From positions 62,682,001 to 62,746,000 of the forward strand of contig NW_025963890.1 of assembly GCF_023055435.1 (NCBI RefSeq): DNA of 64,000 nucleotides. Reading direction: 5' to 3'. The notes beneath the pieces were generated by a model. That model was given only the letters and a program-made list of their open reading frames with translations. It made no database searches and was not told where the DNA came from. Origin of the DNA: Haliotis rufescens (taxonomy: Eukaryota). The first letter of the stretch is position 1; the number at the start of each line of letters is the position of its first letter. Of this stretch, positions 50,720-62,176 are shown piece after piece. The position numbers and the translations under genes were made by a program.

Positions 50720-52171
50720 TCAGCACCACCCTGGGCTCCAGTTGCCTCCATAGAGATCTGGGTTTGATTTAGGGTCAGCTGGTGGTTGATAAGCTGGTAC
50801 TCGCGTCTTCTCCCAGTTCTCAAGGCGTTGTTTCATCATCGCTACAAGCTCGGGGTGCTTAGCAGAGAGGTCGAAATGTTCAGTTGGGTCGGAAGTGATA
50901 TTGTACAACATATATGGAGGAAACTTGTCCTTCTTTTCCTGGGGAGGGTCATCTGGTCCCTCGCCAGACTGTGGAAGAGGATTCCAATCATTGTGAGATC
51001 CCGGTGAACCTCGCATCAGTTTCAGGTCACCATATCTAATTGCTGAGGAGTTGGACTTGTCATAGATGTTGTAGACGAACTCTTTTCTCTTACTCGGGCC
51101 ACCATTGATGAGCATGTCGTACTGACTTATCCCGTCCATGTTGGGGTCTGTGTTCTCTCCACCAGCCAGCTCCACAAAGGTCGGGTACCAGTCTACAGCA
51201 TGCATCATTCCAGTGTTGAGGTAGCCCGTCTTCTTCAGAAGGGTTTTACTGTAGATGAAAGCAGTTCCTTTCGTCCCACCTTCCCATAGTGTCGCTTTAG
51301 CTCCACGTAGAGGAAGGTTGTTTGCAGAACGCCAATAAGGCCCGCCATTGTCAGTCGTAAACACCAGCAGCAAGTTGTCAATGAGTCCCGTTTCCTCTAA
51401 AGCATTTGTGATGTTAGCAACAGCTTCATCAAGAGCACTGATCATACCGCAATAGGTCCTTCGTTCCATGCTCTTGATATGCTTGTACAAATTCTCATAC
51501 TCAGGGGGAACTTCCAGAGGTTCGTGTACTGCTTGAAACGGCAGATACAAATAAAGTGGCGTGTCCGTATCGTGAGATTTAATTATATCAACTGCTCTTT
51601 CTGCAAACACGCGCGTTGAATATTTACCCTCCGGTTCCGTATATACGGTAGTGTTAAAGCGTAGATCATATCCAAAATATTTATCAAATTTTCTTGTGTG
51701 CTTGAAATAGTCTTCACCACCAATGTAAAATCCAACGAAGGTGTCAAACCCACGGTAGGTCGGGGTGTATTTCAAGTTGCAGAAGCCTAAATGCCACTTC
51801 CCAACAGCATGGGTGCTATATCCTAGTTCCTTTAACTTCTGAGGGAGGAAGGTGAACTTAATGGGAACAAATGCAGGAGAGGTTGCTCTGATGACGCCGT
51901 CCTGTAGTCCAGTGTGGTAGGGGAAGTACCCCGACATGAAGCAGTTTCTGGATGGCGAGCACACGGGCTGCACATAGGAGGAGTTTAGGATGACTCCAGC
52001 TTTGGCCAACTTGTCCAGGTGTGGCGTCAGAACCTGTGGATTACGGAAACCAACATCGTTCCAGCCCAGATCATCCGCAACTATGAACACAATGTGTGGC
52101 TTAGCTGCTTGACTTCCATTAAGGGAAACGAAAATAAGAGCAAAAGTCGCAACAAGGCGTGCAGCCTTCAT
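50720..52171 (-). CDS. ARSB: ARS6: arylsulfatase B/I/J-like, single coding exon, 483 aa
   Basis: Intact ORF with QPVCSPSR, GKWHLG, VHEP, DNGGPYWR and RGAKAT. The track start at 52180 is a GTG; the ATG is at 52171. Confidence 0.95.
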   Translation of the reverse strand: MKAARLVATFALIFVSLNGSQAAKPHIVFIVADDLGWNDVGFRNPQVLTPHLDKLAKAGVILNSSYVQPVCSPSRNCFMSGYFPYHTGLQDGVIRATSPAFVPIKFTFLPQKLKELGYSTHAVGKWHLGFCNLKYTPTYRGFDTFVGFYIGGEDYFKHTRKFDKYFGYDLRFNTTVYTEPEGKYSTRVFAERAVDIIKSHDTDTPLYLYLPFQAVHEPLEVPPEYENLYKHIKSMERRTYCGMISALDEAVANITNALEETGLIDNLLLVFTTDNGGPYWRSANNLPLRGAKATLWEGGTKGTAFIYSKTLLKKTGYLNTGMMHAVDWYPTFVELAGGENTDPNMDGISQYDMLINGGPSKRKEFVYNIYDKSNSSAIRYGDLKLMRGSPGSHNDWNPLPQSGEGPDDPPQEKKDKFPPYMLYNITSDPTEHFDLSAKHPELVAMMKQRLENWEKTRVPAYQPPADPKSNPDLYGGNWSPGWC

Positions 52172-52499
52172 GGTTGACACTGGTGTATTGCTGATCTGGT
52201 TTTATCGACACCGATGCATTGCGCATCTAGCTTTATCTCCTGGTCTGCACATGTGATGTTACGTGGACATTAGCTGCTAAACGCGTGACAATGCTAAGCG
52301 ATATTGCTCACATCCGACCCGGGTATCAGGACTACTTATCTATGAATGTGTGGTGTGAAAAGTCAAGGTCTCTGATTATATATAAAATATAGGAGTATAT
52401 AATATATTGACATGCAAAGTCGTTATAAACATGAGCATATGCCTATATAAGTCGTTGTCAACATGGAATATGCCTTTTTAAAATCGTTGTCAACATGGT

Positions 52500-52642
52500 C
52501 AACTTGTCCAGGTGTTGGGTCAGAACCTGTGGATTACTGAAACCAACGTCGTTCCAGCCCAGATCGTCCGCAACTATGAACACAATGTGTGGCTTAGCTG
52601 CTTGACTTCCATTAAGGGAAACCAATATGAGAGCAATAGTCG
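52500..52642 (-). pseudogene. 5'-only arylsulfatase remnant b
   Basis: Translates as [47 protein letters not shown], with the same 3' breakpoint as remnant a. The start codon region is replaced by retroposon pieces from 52643. Confidence 0.88.
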
Positions 52643-53258
52643 TCTTCAACGACCCATGCTTGTCGTAGGGGCAATCACGGGATCGAGTGGTTGGTTGATG
52701 CAGGTCATCGTGCATGTACGTCGCTATATAAGTACAATTATCTTGGACGCGACGTTAAACCCATTTCACCTCACCTCTTCATCACCCTAGTCAACATTAC
52801 GTAAATACGGTAGGGGACACAGGTGGCCAAGGTTAGGTGCCGCAAATCGCCGCACAGAGTTGCGTCACCTAGTCATGCTAGGATCCGCGGCTGTTTGAAT
52901 GGAATTTCACTAGAGTACGATCCTTGGTCTGGCACTCCTTTTCCCATCCACGCGAATTCGATCTTTCTGGCAAACGCTTCACATTGAAATTATGAACTGA
53001 TAGCAACAAAGTTTATTTACTGGTGGTTTACTCGTCTAAGGGGCCGTTTATTGATGTGCAAGTTTGCATCCCTTTGACGCGTCTGGTTTCATGGCTTCCA
53101 ATCCCTTATCGCCCTGAGAATGTTTCGTGGTTTGTCAGCACCATATCCGTGCTCGTGGGTTTCACCAAAATGGTAAACGTCTAACACCTGCATCACTTTG
53201 TGCTTTCCTACCACCAAAAGCTTCCACGCACTGACGTTACTGCAATTCTGTCCAAAAC

Positions 53259-53546
53259 GGGGGCACGGTTGGCCGAGTCGTCTAAGGCGCCGCGATTCGC
53301 TGTGCAGAGTTGCGTCCCTTAGGCACGCCAGAAACCTATGATTGTGGGTTCGAATCCCGGTTCGCCCCGATTATGTTTCTAGGTTTGTCAGCACCATACC
53401 CGTGCTCGTGGATTTCACCGAAGTGGTAAACGTCTGAGACCTGCATCACTTCGGGCTTTCCTCCCACATTAAGCTGACACGCCGTGATATAACTGGAATA
53501 CTGTTAAAAGAGGCGTTAAACCCAACTCACTCACTCACTCACTCAC
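53259..53546 (+). mobile_element. tRNA-derived SINE family D (V-domain-like centre), full length
   Basis: A-box TGGCCGAGTCG, B-box GGTTCGAATCC, cgtggatttcacc...gctttcctcccaca; perfect 14-bp TSD tctgtccaaaacgg. It sits inside an older relative (52811-53575). Confidence 0.9.
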
Positions 53547-53851
53547 TCTGTCCAAAACGGCGTTCAACAAAACACCCTGACAAAGCAATGTTCACACCAG
53601 GGTCAGCATGCTCTCTCTTACACGTAACACCAGTCGAGGGTGATGGTCAAAGACACAGAGTCAAAGCTCTAGAAAGATTCTACAACCCTTCAATATTGGA
53701 AAACTTTCTAAAGTAATTTGAGAATGATAAAAGTTCAAAAGTGCACAAACTCGTTAAGTTTTCTGTGAATCCTGGTTTGTACAATGTAGTTATTGATACC
53801 AATGAGTGTACCATTACCATACTGGGTACCCATGAAGCTCACACTTATTTA

Positions 53852-54207
53852 GACCGCCTCCGTGGTCTAGTGGTAGAGCGTCCGCCCGGAGAGCGGAAGG
53901 TCCGGGGTTCGATCCCCGGCCGCGTCATACCAAAAGACGTTAAAAGATGGTACTTGTTGTTACCCTGTCTGGCGCTCGGCATTAAGGGGCTAAATTAAGG
54001 ACTGGTCGGCTCGGAGTCAGTATACTGTGTCTGAGTGGGATATTCATGTTAAACTGCGGCATGGTAACTCAGTGAGCTAGCACTATAAATCGGCATCAGT
54101 CCGGACTAGTACAAGCAGCCACACAAACACACACACGTACATGCACGTCGCTATATAAGTGCAATAATCTTGGACGCGACGTTAAACCCCATTTCACCTC
54201 ACCTCAC
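53852..54207 (+). mobile_element. SINE family B, full length
   Basis: A and B boxes intact; TSD ctcacact(t/a)attta. Confidence 0.93.
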
Positions 54208-54570
54208 CTCACACTAATTTACTAATCACTGCAATGAAGGGGTAGACGGTTACAACAGCAGCTTTTTAACGATTTTTTAAAAGAAATTGGTCTAGCGCAA
54301 CGGCTAAAATATAGAAGTCAAATTTCTCCACAAGAAAGACTGTTCGTTCACGAAAGCTAGGTTAGTAAGTTGTCTGAGATTATGCTTGTCCCAAGATTGT
54401 CAAATCTGTTGATATCTCAGATGAATAGGTTGCACGAGCCCACTAAGAGGATCGGGTGTTCAGAATCGATGATTTTACTGATTCCGTTCCATCGTTCTCC
54501 GATGGCGTGGAACGCTGTTCATGCTCCCGGTCTCTGCTTGGTCCAGACTCGATTGTTTACAGCAGTGAAT

Positions 54571-55183
54571 GCCCGTGAACATCCGGGTTACAATACGTCT
54601 TCAGCAGCCCATGCTTGCAGTAAAAGGTGACAATGCGCGCATAGCCCATGGCCGTATTTGTAATAACCATCTTCTCGTGTAGTATGTAATGTCTGGGCTG
54701 GATTAGAACAACGGATTTATATGATATATAACCACATGATCGTATTTGTAAAACACATGTATACATGTTCTCATACAGTATTTTGTGGAATATCTCGGCC
54801 CATACTTGCCGTAAAAGGTGACTATGCGCGCATAGCCCATGGCCGTATTTGTAATAACCATCTTCTCGTGTAGTATGTTATGTCTGGGCTGGATTAGAAC
54901 AACGGATTTACATGATATATAACCACGTGGTCGTATTTGTAATATACATGTTCTAATACTTATTTTATGGAATATTTCGGCCTATACTTGCAGTAAGAGG
55001 TGACAAACAAGATCGGGTTGTCAGGCTCGCATACTTGGTTGATGCATGTCATCGATCCCAAATGCGTAGATCGATGCTCATGGTGTCAATCACTGGATGA
55101 TCTGATCCAGATTCGATTATTTACAGACTGCCATCATAGCTGGAGTATTGCTGAGTCCGGCTTTAAACAACAAACAACAACAA
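54571..55183 (+). mobile_element. Family C containing a ~185-bp internal tandem duplication
   Basis: 5' end at 54571; repeats at 54609-54798 and 54799-54980; body and tail at 54981-55183. Confidence 0.8.
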
Positions 55184-57080
55184 CCGTGAAAGAAAATTTG
55201 AGGGTGAGAATATTCATTTCGTCAAACCTCTTTGGGTAGACATAGTCATCATCTGAATATATATTTAACGTTTGTCTTCACTCATGAGCAGCAAGATTTC
55301 TGTATTTGTGCACAGCAGTAATTCAAAATAGGATATCGTTTATTTTCAACAAAATCAGTAAATGTGCAATATTTTCCACCGCTAATTTACCTTTTACGCG
55401 TATTTGTTTCGACAGATAATAGAGACTATTTATTCCCTGGTGTTGATCTTTTAGAAATGTGGATTGATCATGAAACATTACTTTAAAAATACCAATGTGT
55501 CAGTATCCCACCCCCTGAACTTTGACCCCTGAACTATCACCCTGCCTAAAACGACGATCTGCTGATTTCACATTCAACGATGTCCAGATTAATAAGGTTC
55601 CCTACTAATGTTCAGGTCAGTAACCCCATGTATGATAACCACGAAAGCGAAAACCGCCCGAAGTCAGGTACACGGATTGTTTTGTCTGCAGATCTGTATA
55701 ACAGCCTTGTGTGATTGACAGGTGTCGATTTCATTGTCACTTTCATTGTGGATTCTACTCAAGTCTATTTAGCGGACACTGAACCCTCTGATTGTTAAAG
55801 TGATACTAATAGAATAATATGAAAGAGGATTACCTTCGAATAATAAATTGTATATATAATGCGTCATAATCGAAACAACTTGATTGTTTCGCAATATGCA
55901 TTATGACAAACATCGGCAAAATCCAATAAGTATATGACGGATAGGCCAACGGCCTATGTTTTGTCTCCAAGATAAATTAAGCAAACTTAAGCTGTACTCT
56001 AGCTTCCCGTCACTAAAAATTGAAAGTGCAAAAACAAAATAAGTAATAACAAACAAATAAATGAAACACGTGCTTTGTATTTTGCTATCCCGTCAAGAAC
56101 CCATGCTTCTAGGAACAGTAACTTAATTTCTTTTTATATATTTTCAAATCTCGGAGGATATGTCATTCTTTTATTTTCCCCCATTGTGTTACATTTGTTT
56201 TTCGTGATTTTATGTCAGTAGAATAATATGTCAACGTGATCGAAAATGCTGAAGGAATTAACAAAAGGATTAGAAAAATAAACATTTCACAATCCGGTCC
56301 GTACTTTATAACAGACATAAAGCCTAGAATCTAAACATAATCACGAACAGAATTCTAAACCCGTTCATGAATTAAACACAATCCCGAAAACAGGAGTTGC
56401 TGACACAAGTGGGAATTGCTCGTATTTCAATATTTGTTGTGAAGGTCTAATAAACCGCATTAAGAACAACCACAAACCAGGCAGCTGTTGTGTGAGGACC
56501 GGCAGTGTTGAACCCGTGCCGTGTGGTAACAATCGAAAAAGTGGGGGATTTATTTCACAATTTATTCTTATTATTCCTGGAGGCCCGGTGCGCCATTGCT
56601 AAGTGTATCCAACGTCAACATCGCTCCGCAACAGAATACAGGAGCGCACCAAATTCTTTTCCGGTCAGCCGGACGTAATATCTGATTAAACACGGAAGTG
56701 AAACGGAAACAACCTCTTGTGGTTTTTTTAATGTATTGGATACATCACCTTGTCGGCTGAGTCATTGTATTCGTTCCTCAGAAATTATTAATGTTTTCGA
56801 TGGAGTTAAAGTTTTGTTTATCATAATGTTGACTTCCGCTTGGTTGTGTTTGACGTCGTTGAGCTTGTTACAATACAAGTGGTGTGAAGTTGTTCATTAC
56901 AATACAAGACGTTGTTTGATGTCCAAGCGTGACTGACCATCACCAAATGCTGCTATCACCAGTTAGTTTGAACGATGCCCGCTCTACCCTTTTTGTACTA
57001 CAAAACCAACAAATTCTGCTGCTAGAACAAGTAGCATTAGTAGTAGTAGTAGTACAGTAGTAGTAGTAGTAGTAGTAGTA

Positions 57081-57233
57081 GTGAGTGAGTGAGTGAGTGA
57101 GTGAGTGAGTGAGTGAGTGAGTGAGTGAGTGAGTGAGTGAGTGGGCTTCACACATTGTACCCATGTCGGGAATCACCCCCGGGTCTTCGGCGTGACGAGC
57201 GAACGCTTTAACCACTAGGCTACCCGACGCCCC
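57081..57233 (-). mobile_element. SINE family A, internally deleted, with a long (ACTC)n tail, inside a (TAG)n microsatellite (57040-57296)
   Basis: Head intact; the sequence jumps from gaagccc directly into the (ACTC)n tail. Confidence 0.88.
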
Positions 57234-57296
<63 letters not shown>

Positions 57297-57539
57297 CCAA
57301 TATAAATGTGAGTCAATAAAAAACAACACTAAAAGGTTGTTTTCGCATCTTAAGAATATATAACGTCAAAGACAAAGAAAAGCTACTCTCGATTATCTGC
57401 CGAAACAGATTCCATTGGGCGTAAAAGACAAAATAGCTGTGAAAATTCTATGAATGGATCACTCAAATGTGTGATGACACCAGGTGACTGAGAAATCCAC
57501 ATGTTCAAGTATAGCATCGCTGTTAGTTGAAAGTGTCGG

Positions 57540-58020
57540 CAGCTGTCGTAATATTCAGCTGTGATAAAATTCAGATTGACAGAAATCTCACCAGAAGACT
57601 GTATGACAAGATGGATGACGTCAACATTCCAGTAGTCAACTTGCCCTTAATGTCCAGCAATATTCCTGCAGATACAGCCCTTGGTGTCTACATTTCACAA
57701 CTTTTGAGGTACAATCGAATATGCTCTTTCTACGAAGGTTTCAAAGAGTTCATACTTTTCTTGTTCAGAAGTTGATTGATCAAGGTTACAACATTCAAGG
57801 CCTCAGTAAATCTTTCAAAAATGATGTCCGATGCAATTCTCTGTTTTGACTTATACCATATGTACCCGTGTTTTGTTTTGTTTTTCATGTAAACAATTCC
57901 CCTGCCTTTGCATGTGTTTGTGACGGGTGCCACCGGTGGCAGGATACGCTCAGCTTTTCGTGAACACCTGGTATCATCACTATATGATAGTGATTCATAA
58001 ACACATGATCATGATACAGT
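57540..58020 (+). mobile_element. Penelope-like RT C-terminal relic
   Basis: LYDKMDDVNIPVVNLPLMSSNIPADTALGVYISQLLRYNRICS. Confidence 0.78.
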
Positions 58021-58047
58021 CACCAAACCCGATTTTATAGGGGTAGC

Positions 58048-58180
58048 TTGTTTTAGCCCCTTAACGTCGATCACCAAGCAGGGTAAACAAATATCATCTT
58101 TAATGTCAGGGGATCCCAACCCCAACCCCGACCTTCCGTTCTCCATGCAGACGCTCTACCACTAGACCACGGTGGCGGCC
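58048..58180 (-). mobile_element. SINE family B, 5' fragment
   Basis: Diverged head and central domain. Confidence 0.7.
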
Positions 58181-60194
58181 AGGTTTCTTGTGAATATGGA
58201 AAGGGTTTTGACGCTTTTACTTATCTATACGTGCAATCATCCTGGTCATTGGCTAAATTGGTAGCTGGGTTTCTTTTGTACTCAGATGCAATAATCTCAG
58301 ACACATTAAGTACAATATTGTTCATGGTGTTTGCAAAGACAAAAGCCTCTATAAAATAATCTTCCAACACATTATGGGAGACTCGAAGTGATGCATCACT
58401 ATTAAATGGTCACAGTAACATATCTCAACTATTTAGAGATTTAAATAAACGTGAGTCTTAGATCATGTTATGCCATATATGTCAAATGCAATTCATCAAA
58501 AATAGCAAAGCATCTCATTAAAATATATCTAGGAAAAGCACCTGTCTATCACATCTTTTATTTTGTCTGACTCGAGCACCGATATAGTCAGAATCGTACA
58601 ATGAACTCTGTTTTAAGCAGATATTTCTTATGATTATGGAAATGTTTTTGTCGCTTTTATTAATATAGATATATTTTCCAAAGGATATATGGTTCTTTAG
58701 GATATATGGACACGACGAAGGGATGGTGCATATTTTTATCCTGGAGTATAGTTCAAAGATCTCGAGGGTCACGAAATGAACAACGGTGCCAATTAACGGT
58801 GTCCATCAATATGACAGCCACGTGGGAATGTCCATTTCACAATGGTCGGGAGATAAGAACAATGTACACGCCCAACAACACGTGGCACGTGGAATTTTCT
58901 CTTTACTTCCTGGCAGTATCAGAAGGGTGATAGGTTCCAGGTGTCTGAGAACATGAATAGAATAAATTACAAATTTACGTTCCTGGACGCCGAATTTCCC
59001 GTCGGGAACAGGAGGCAGAGTGGTATATGGAGAGTAGTATACAAAATATTCGGCGCAATTTGTGTAAGGGCGTTATTTTATATATATTTTTGGAAAGTAG
59101 GATACAATATATTTGGCACAGTTTCGGGTCTTTTTTAGGATGTTGGTAACATATGGTGACCGTTGCTTATCTATAGAAAAAAAACAATTACACAATGACA
59201 CACATTCCCTGTTAGACTGCTGTTGGCGCATGTCAATCGGCAGATAAAACAACCGTTATCGCCCGCCAGAGGTACGTGCTACACAACAACCCCGATCGCC
59301 TGTATTTCTGTTAGTGTATACCATCCGGGCGATACTACCTGGCTATCTCACGGCAGTGTATTGAGAACAGCGGTGTATTTACACTGTAGATTATGAGTGA
59401 CAGATTGCCCGTCAGATTTGTTATCTTAGTGAAATACCAACCATTTGTAGGAAGAATCTAGTTAGCTGGTATTTATCCGACCGATTAACCGCTTTGTTGG
59501 TATAGACTGTATGTTCGTGTTTGATATTCAGTTCAAGACTTTTAACTGGCCTGTCAACCCTCACGAAATATTGGAGTTGAGCCATCAAGGCACAGTATGA
59601 AATATATCTACCTATGTACGTTGTACCAAGGTTAATGGTTCATTATATGTAACGTATGTTCATTTATTTATGTATCATACTTAGACAATTGGGTATTTCG
59701 GCTAATATTAATATTATGTATTATATGAACGTGTATGTACTTTTAGTGAAACATCGTAANNNNNNNNNNNNNNNNNNNNNNNNNNNNNNNNNNNNNNNNN
59801 NNNNNNNNNNNNNNNNNNNNNNNNNNNNNNNNNNNNNNNNNNNNNNNNNNNNNNNNNNNNNNNNNNNNNNNNNNNNNNNNNNNNNNNNNNNNNNNNNNNN
59901 NNNNAAGAGAAAGTATTGCAATTTTGATTGATATACTAACCATTAGTAGAACTATACAAGTAAGCAAACCGAAGACTTGTTTGTCAACTTAAAGCTTTAT
60001 TACTGTCATGTCTATTATATATATTTAAGTGGTATTTAAAAGCTGCAGTATCAGTGAAGACAGTGTTGGCTTATAGATGTGACTAACCACTTGCTTGAGG
60101 TTCCACCATCTGTACCAAAACAGTGCATTGGAAGAATAAGATGTTACAATCCATGTCACTTGGTATCCGTGAGATTTATTTTATGCACTGGACA

Positions 60195-60625
60195 CAATCA
60201 CGTAACCACTGACAGTTATGTCAATTATGTAACTTGTAACATTAAAAGAACATCCAAAATGGAGACAATCAAATAACCTTACGTCAATTATGTAACTTGT
60301 AACATTAAAAGAACATCCGAAATGGATCCAGTCAAATAACATTTAACAATTATGTCAATTATGTAACTTGTAACACATTTAAAGAACATCCAAAATGGAC
60401 CCAGTCAAATAACATTTGACAATTATGTCAATTGTGTAATTTGTAATACATTTAAAAAACATCCATAATGGACCCAGTCAAAAGACCACTGACAACTATG
60501 ACAATTACGTAACTTGTAACACATTTAAACAACATCCAAAATAGACCCATTCAAATAACCACTGTCAATTATGTAACTTGTAACATTAAAACATCCAAAA
60601 CGGGCACAATCAAATAACTGTGTAA
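60195..60625 (+). repeat. 64-73-bp minisatellite (~6 copies)
   Basis: Recurring gtcaattatgtaacttgtaac...aacatccaaaatggacccagtcaaataac. Confidence 0.88.
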
Positions 60626-61550
60626 CTGGTAACATGAGAACCATCCAAAACTCACGAATAAGACAACTACATAACAGACTTCATATGTAATATGTATATA
60701 GATATATGTTGACAACCCTGACCGAGTTCCTCCATCAAAGAGGACTTTAATGGCGTTATCAACCAAACCAGATTTCCTGGCCGGTTTCCCCGAAAACTTC
60801 ACATTTCCTCAGCACGCTTATCTGCTGTCGGTGCCCGGGTCCTCAGTCCAGAGTCTACTGTCAGTGCACGAACCAGAGACTGGACTGACGAGTGTCTCTC
60901 TGCCGTGACATCAAAGACATCCCATGTTTGTTTATAGGATCCATGTACGATTATTTAGTGCTGATGGGGGTGAATTGACTCAGAGTCGCTACGTCATTAT
61001 CGAATAAATTGATATGCAACAGATCTTTTGAAAGAATGAATAGTTTATTCACTACATGTGCATTATAAATATTTGATTTTGATTGAAATCAAACACGTAC
61101 AGCATAAACTGTTATATCGTGAATATCTTAATATAAACACTTTCAATACAATTAATTTATAAAATGAATGCACTGAGGAATATAAATTCGTATCTGGTTC
61201 ATATGAAAAGAACGGGTTCTAGCTTAAACATATTATATTCAACTGAACTTGAAAGGGATTGGTAAACAGGCCTAACTGGCTGATGTACGTACCGCTCCCT
61301 GTTACTTAATTACATCGGTGTAGACATCAAAATTGTAGTGAAAAACTTAGGAACCACAACGCTACACTCAAGGTCGGGAGGTTACTGTTAGCTACAGCGC
61401 GCCAGGTGTCATATTGTAGTACAGTAGTACAGTGGGGAGAATATGAACCTCAAAGTGTTAGTTTCGATTTTTACTTTTGGTCCATCGTCACGTTATTTTG
61501 ATTTCATATCACTTTATGCAAATAGTTGTTCTGCTTAAGACAAATACCAA

Positions 61551-61682
61551 ACCGCCTCCGTGGTCCAGTGGGTAGAAAGTCTGCCCATAGAGCAGGTCGG
61601 TGGTTCGATCCCCGGCCGCGTCACACAAAAAGACGTTAAAAGATGGTGCGTTGCTACCCTGCCTGTCGCTGGGCATTAAGGG
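61551..61682 (+). mobile_element. SINE family B, 5' fragment
   Basis: accgcctccgtggtccagtgg...ggttcgatccccggccgcgtca...gcattaaggg. Confidence 0.78.
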
Positions 61683-62176
61683 TATCCATGATAACATCCA
61701 TGTAGAGATTGTCAACGTATTCTATTGCAGTTTTTGATGGTCCAACTGCAGATTAGCAAACCCGTGAAGATCCAGGTTACAGTTGGCCTTCAGCAACCCA
61801 TGCTTGTAAAAAGTTAATGATGGACGCAAGACAATGCGCCCTTCCATAATCTCACTGGTGGGCAGATAGTATGTTCTTACTCATCCCACCTTTACTGTAA
61901 AATGGAAAAAACTGACCTAAACACTAAAATATTGTTTCCTCCTCCTGTACAGAATATTAGCATAATCACCACATAGGCTTGTTGTTGTTGCTTTAACTGT
62001 TCAAGTGGTCGCCTTCTGCCTCAGCAATTTCGGCTTACCTGTCGCTCTTTGGGACCACATTGGCAATAATTAACACGACTTTGAAGCAGTTTACAATTCC
62101 TACCAAAAGCAAACGTGATGAAACAAGTCAAATTGAGTCAACACATCTGCATTATAGCCCCATGTTATAATATCAT

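Noticed and set aside
22606-52171. Bacterial origin or contamination suggested by intronless tandem genes
   Set aside because: The proteins resemble animal ARSB/I/J, carry N-glycosylation sequons and are embedded in animal SINE-rich DNA with kb-scale spacers. A phylogeny would be needed to exclude ancient transfer.
56560-56900. Possible promoter of another gene (CGGAAGT ETS-like motifs; similar motifs at ~15780-15810)
   Set aside because: Short motifs only; no supportable exon or ORF nearby, and such motifs are common inside DNA transposons.
60843-60925. CTGACGA-stem-CAAA hammerhead-like string within an inverted repeat
   Set aside because: GAAA is replaced by CAAA and stems I/III do not form properly.
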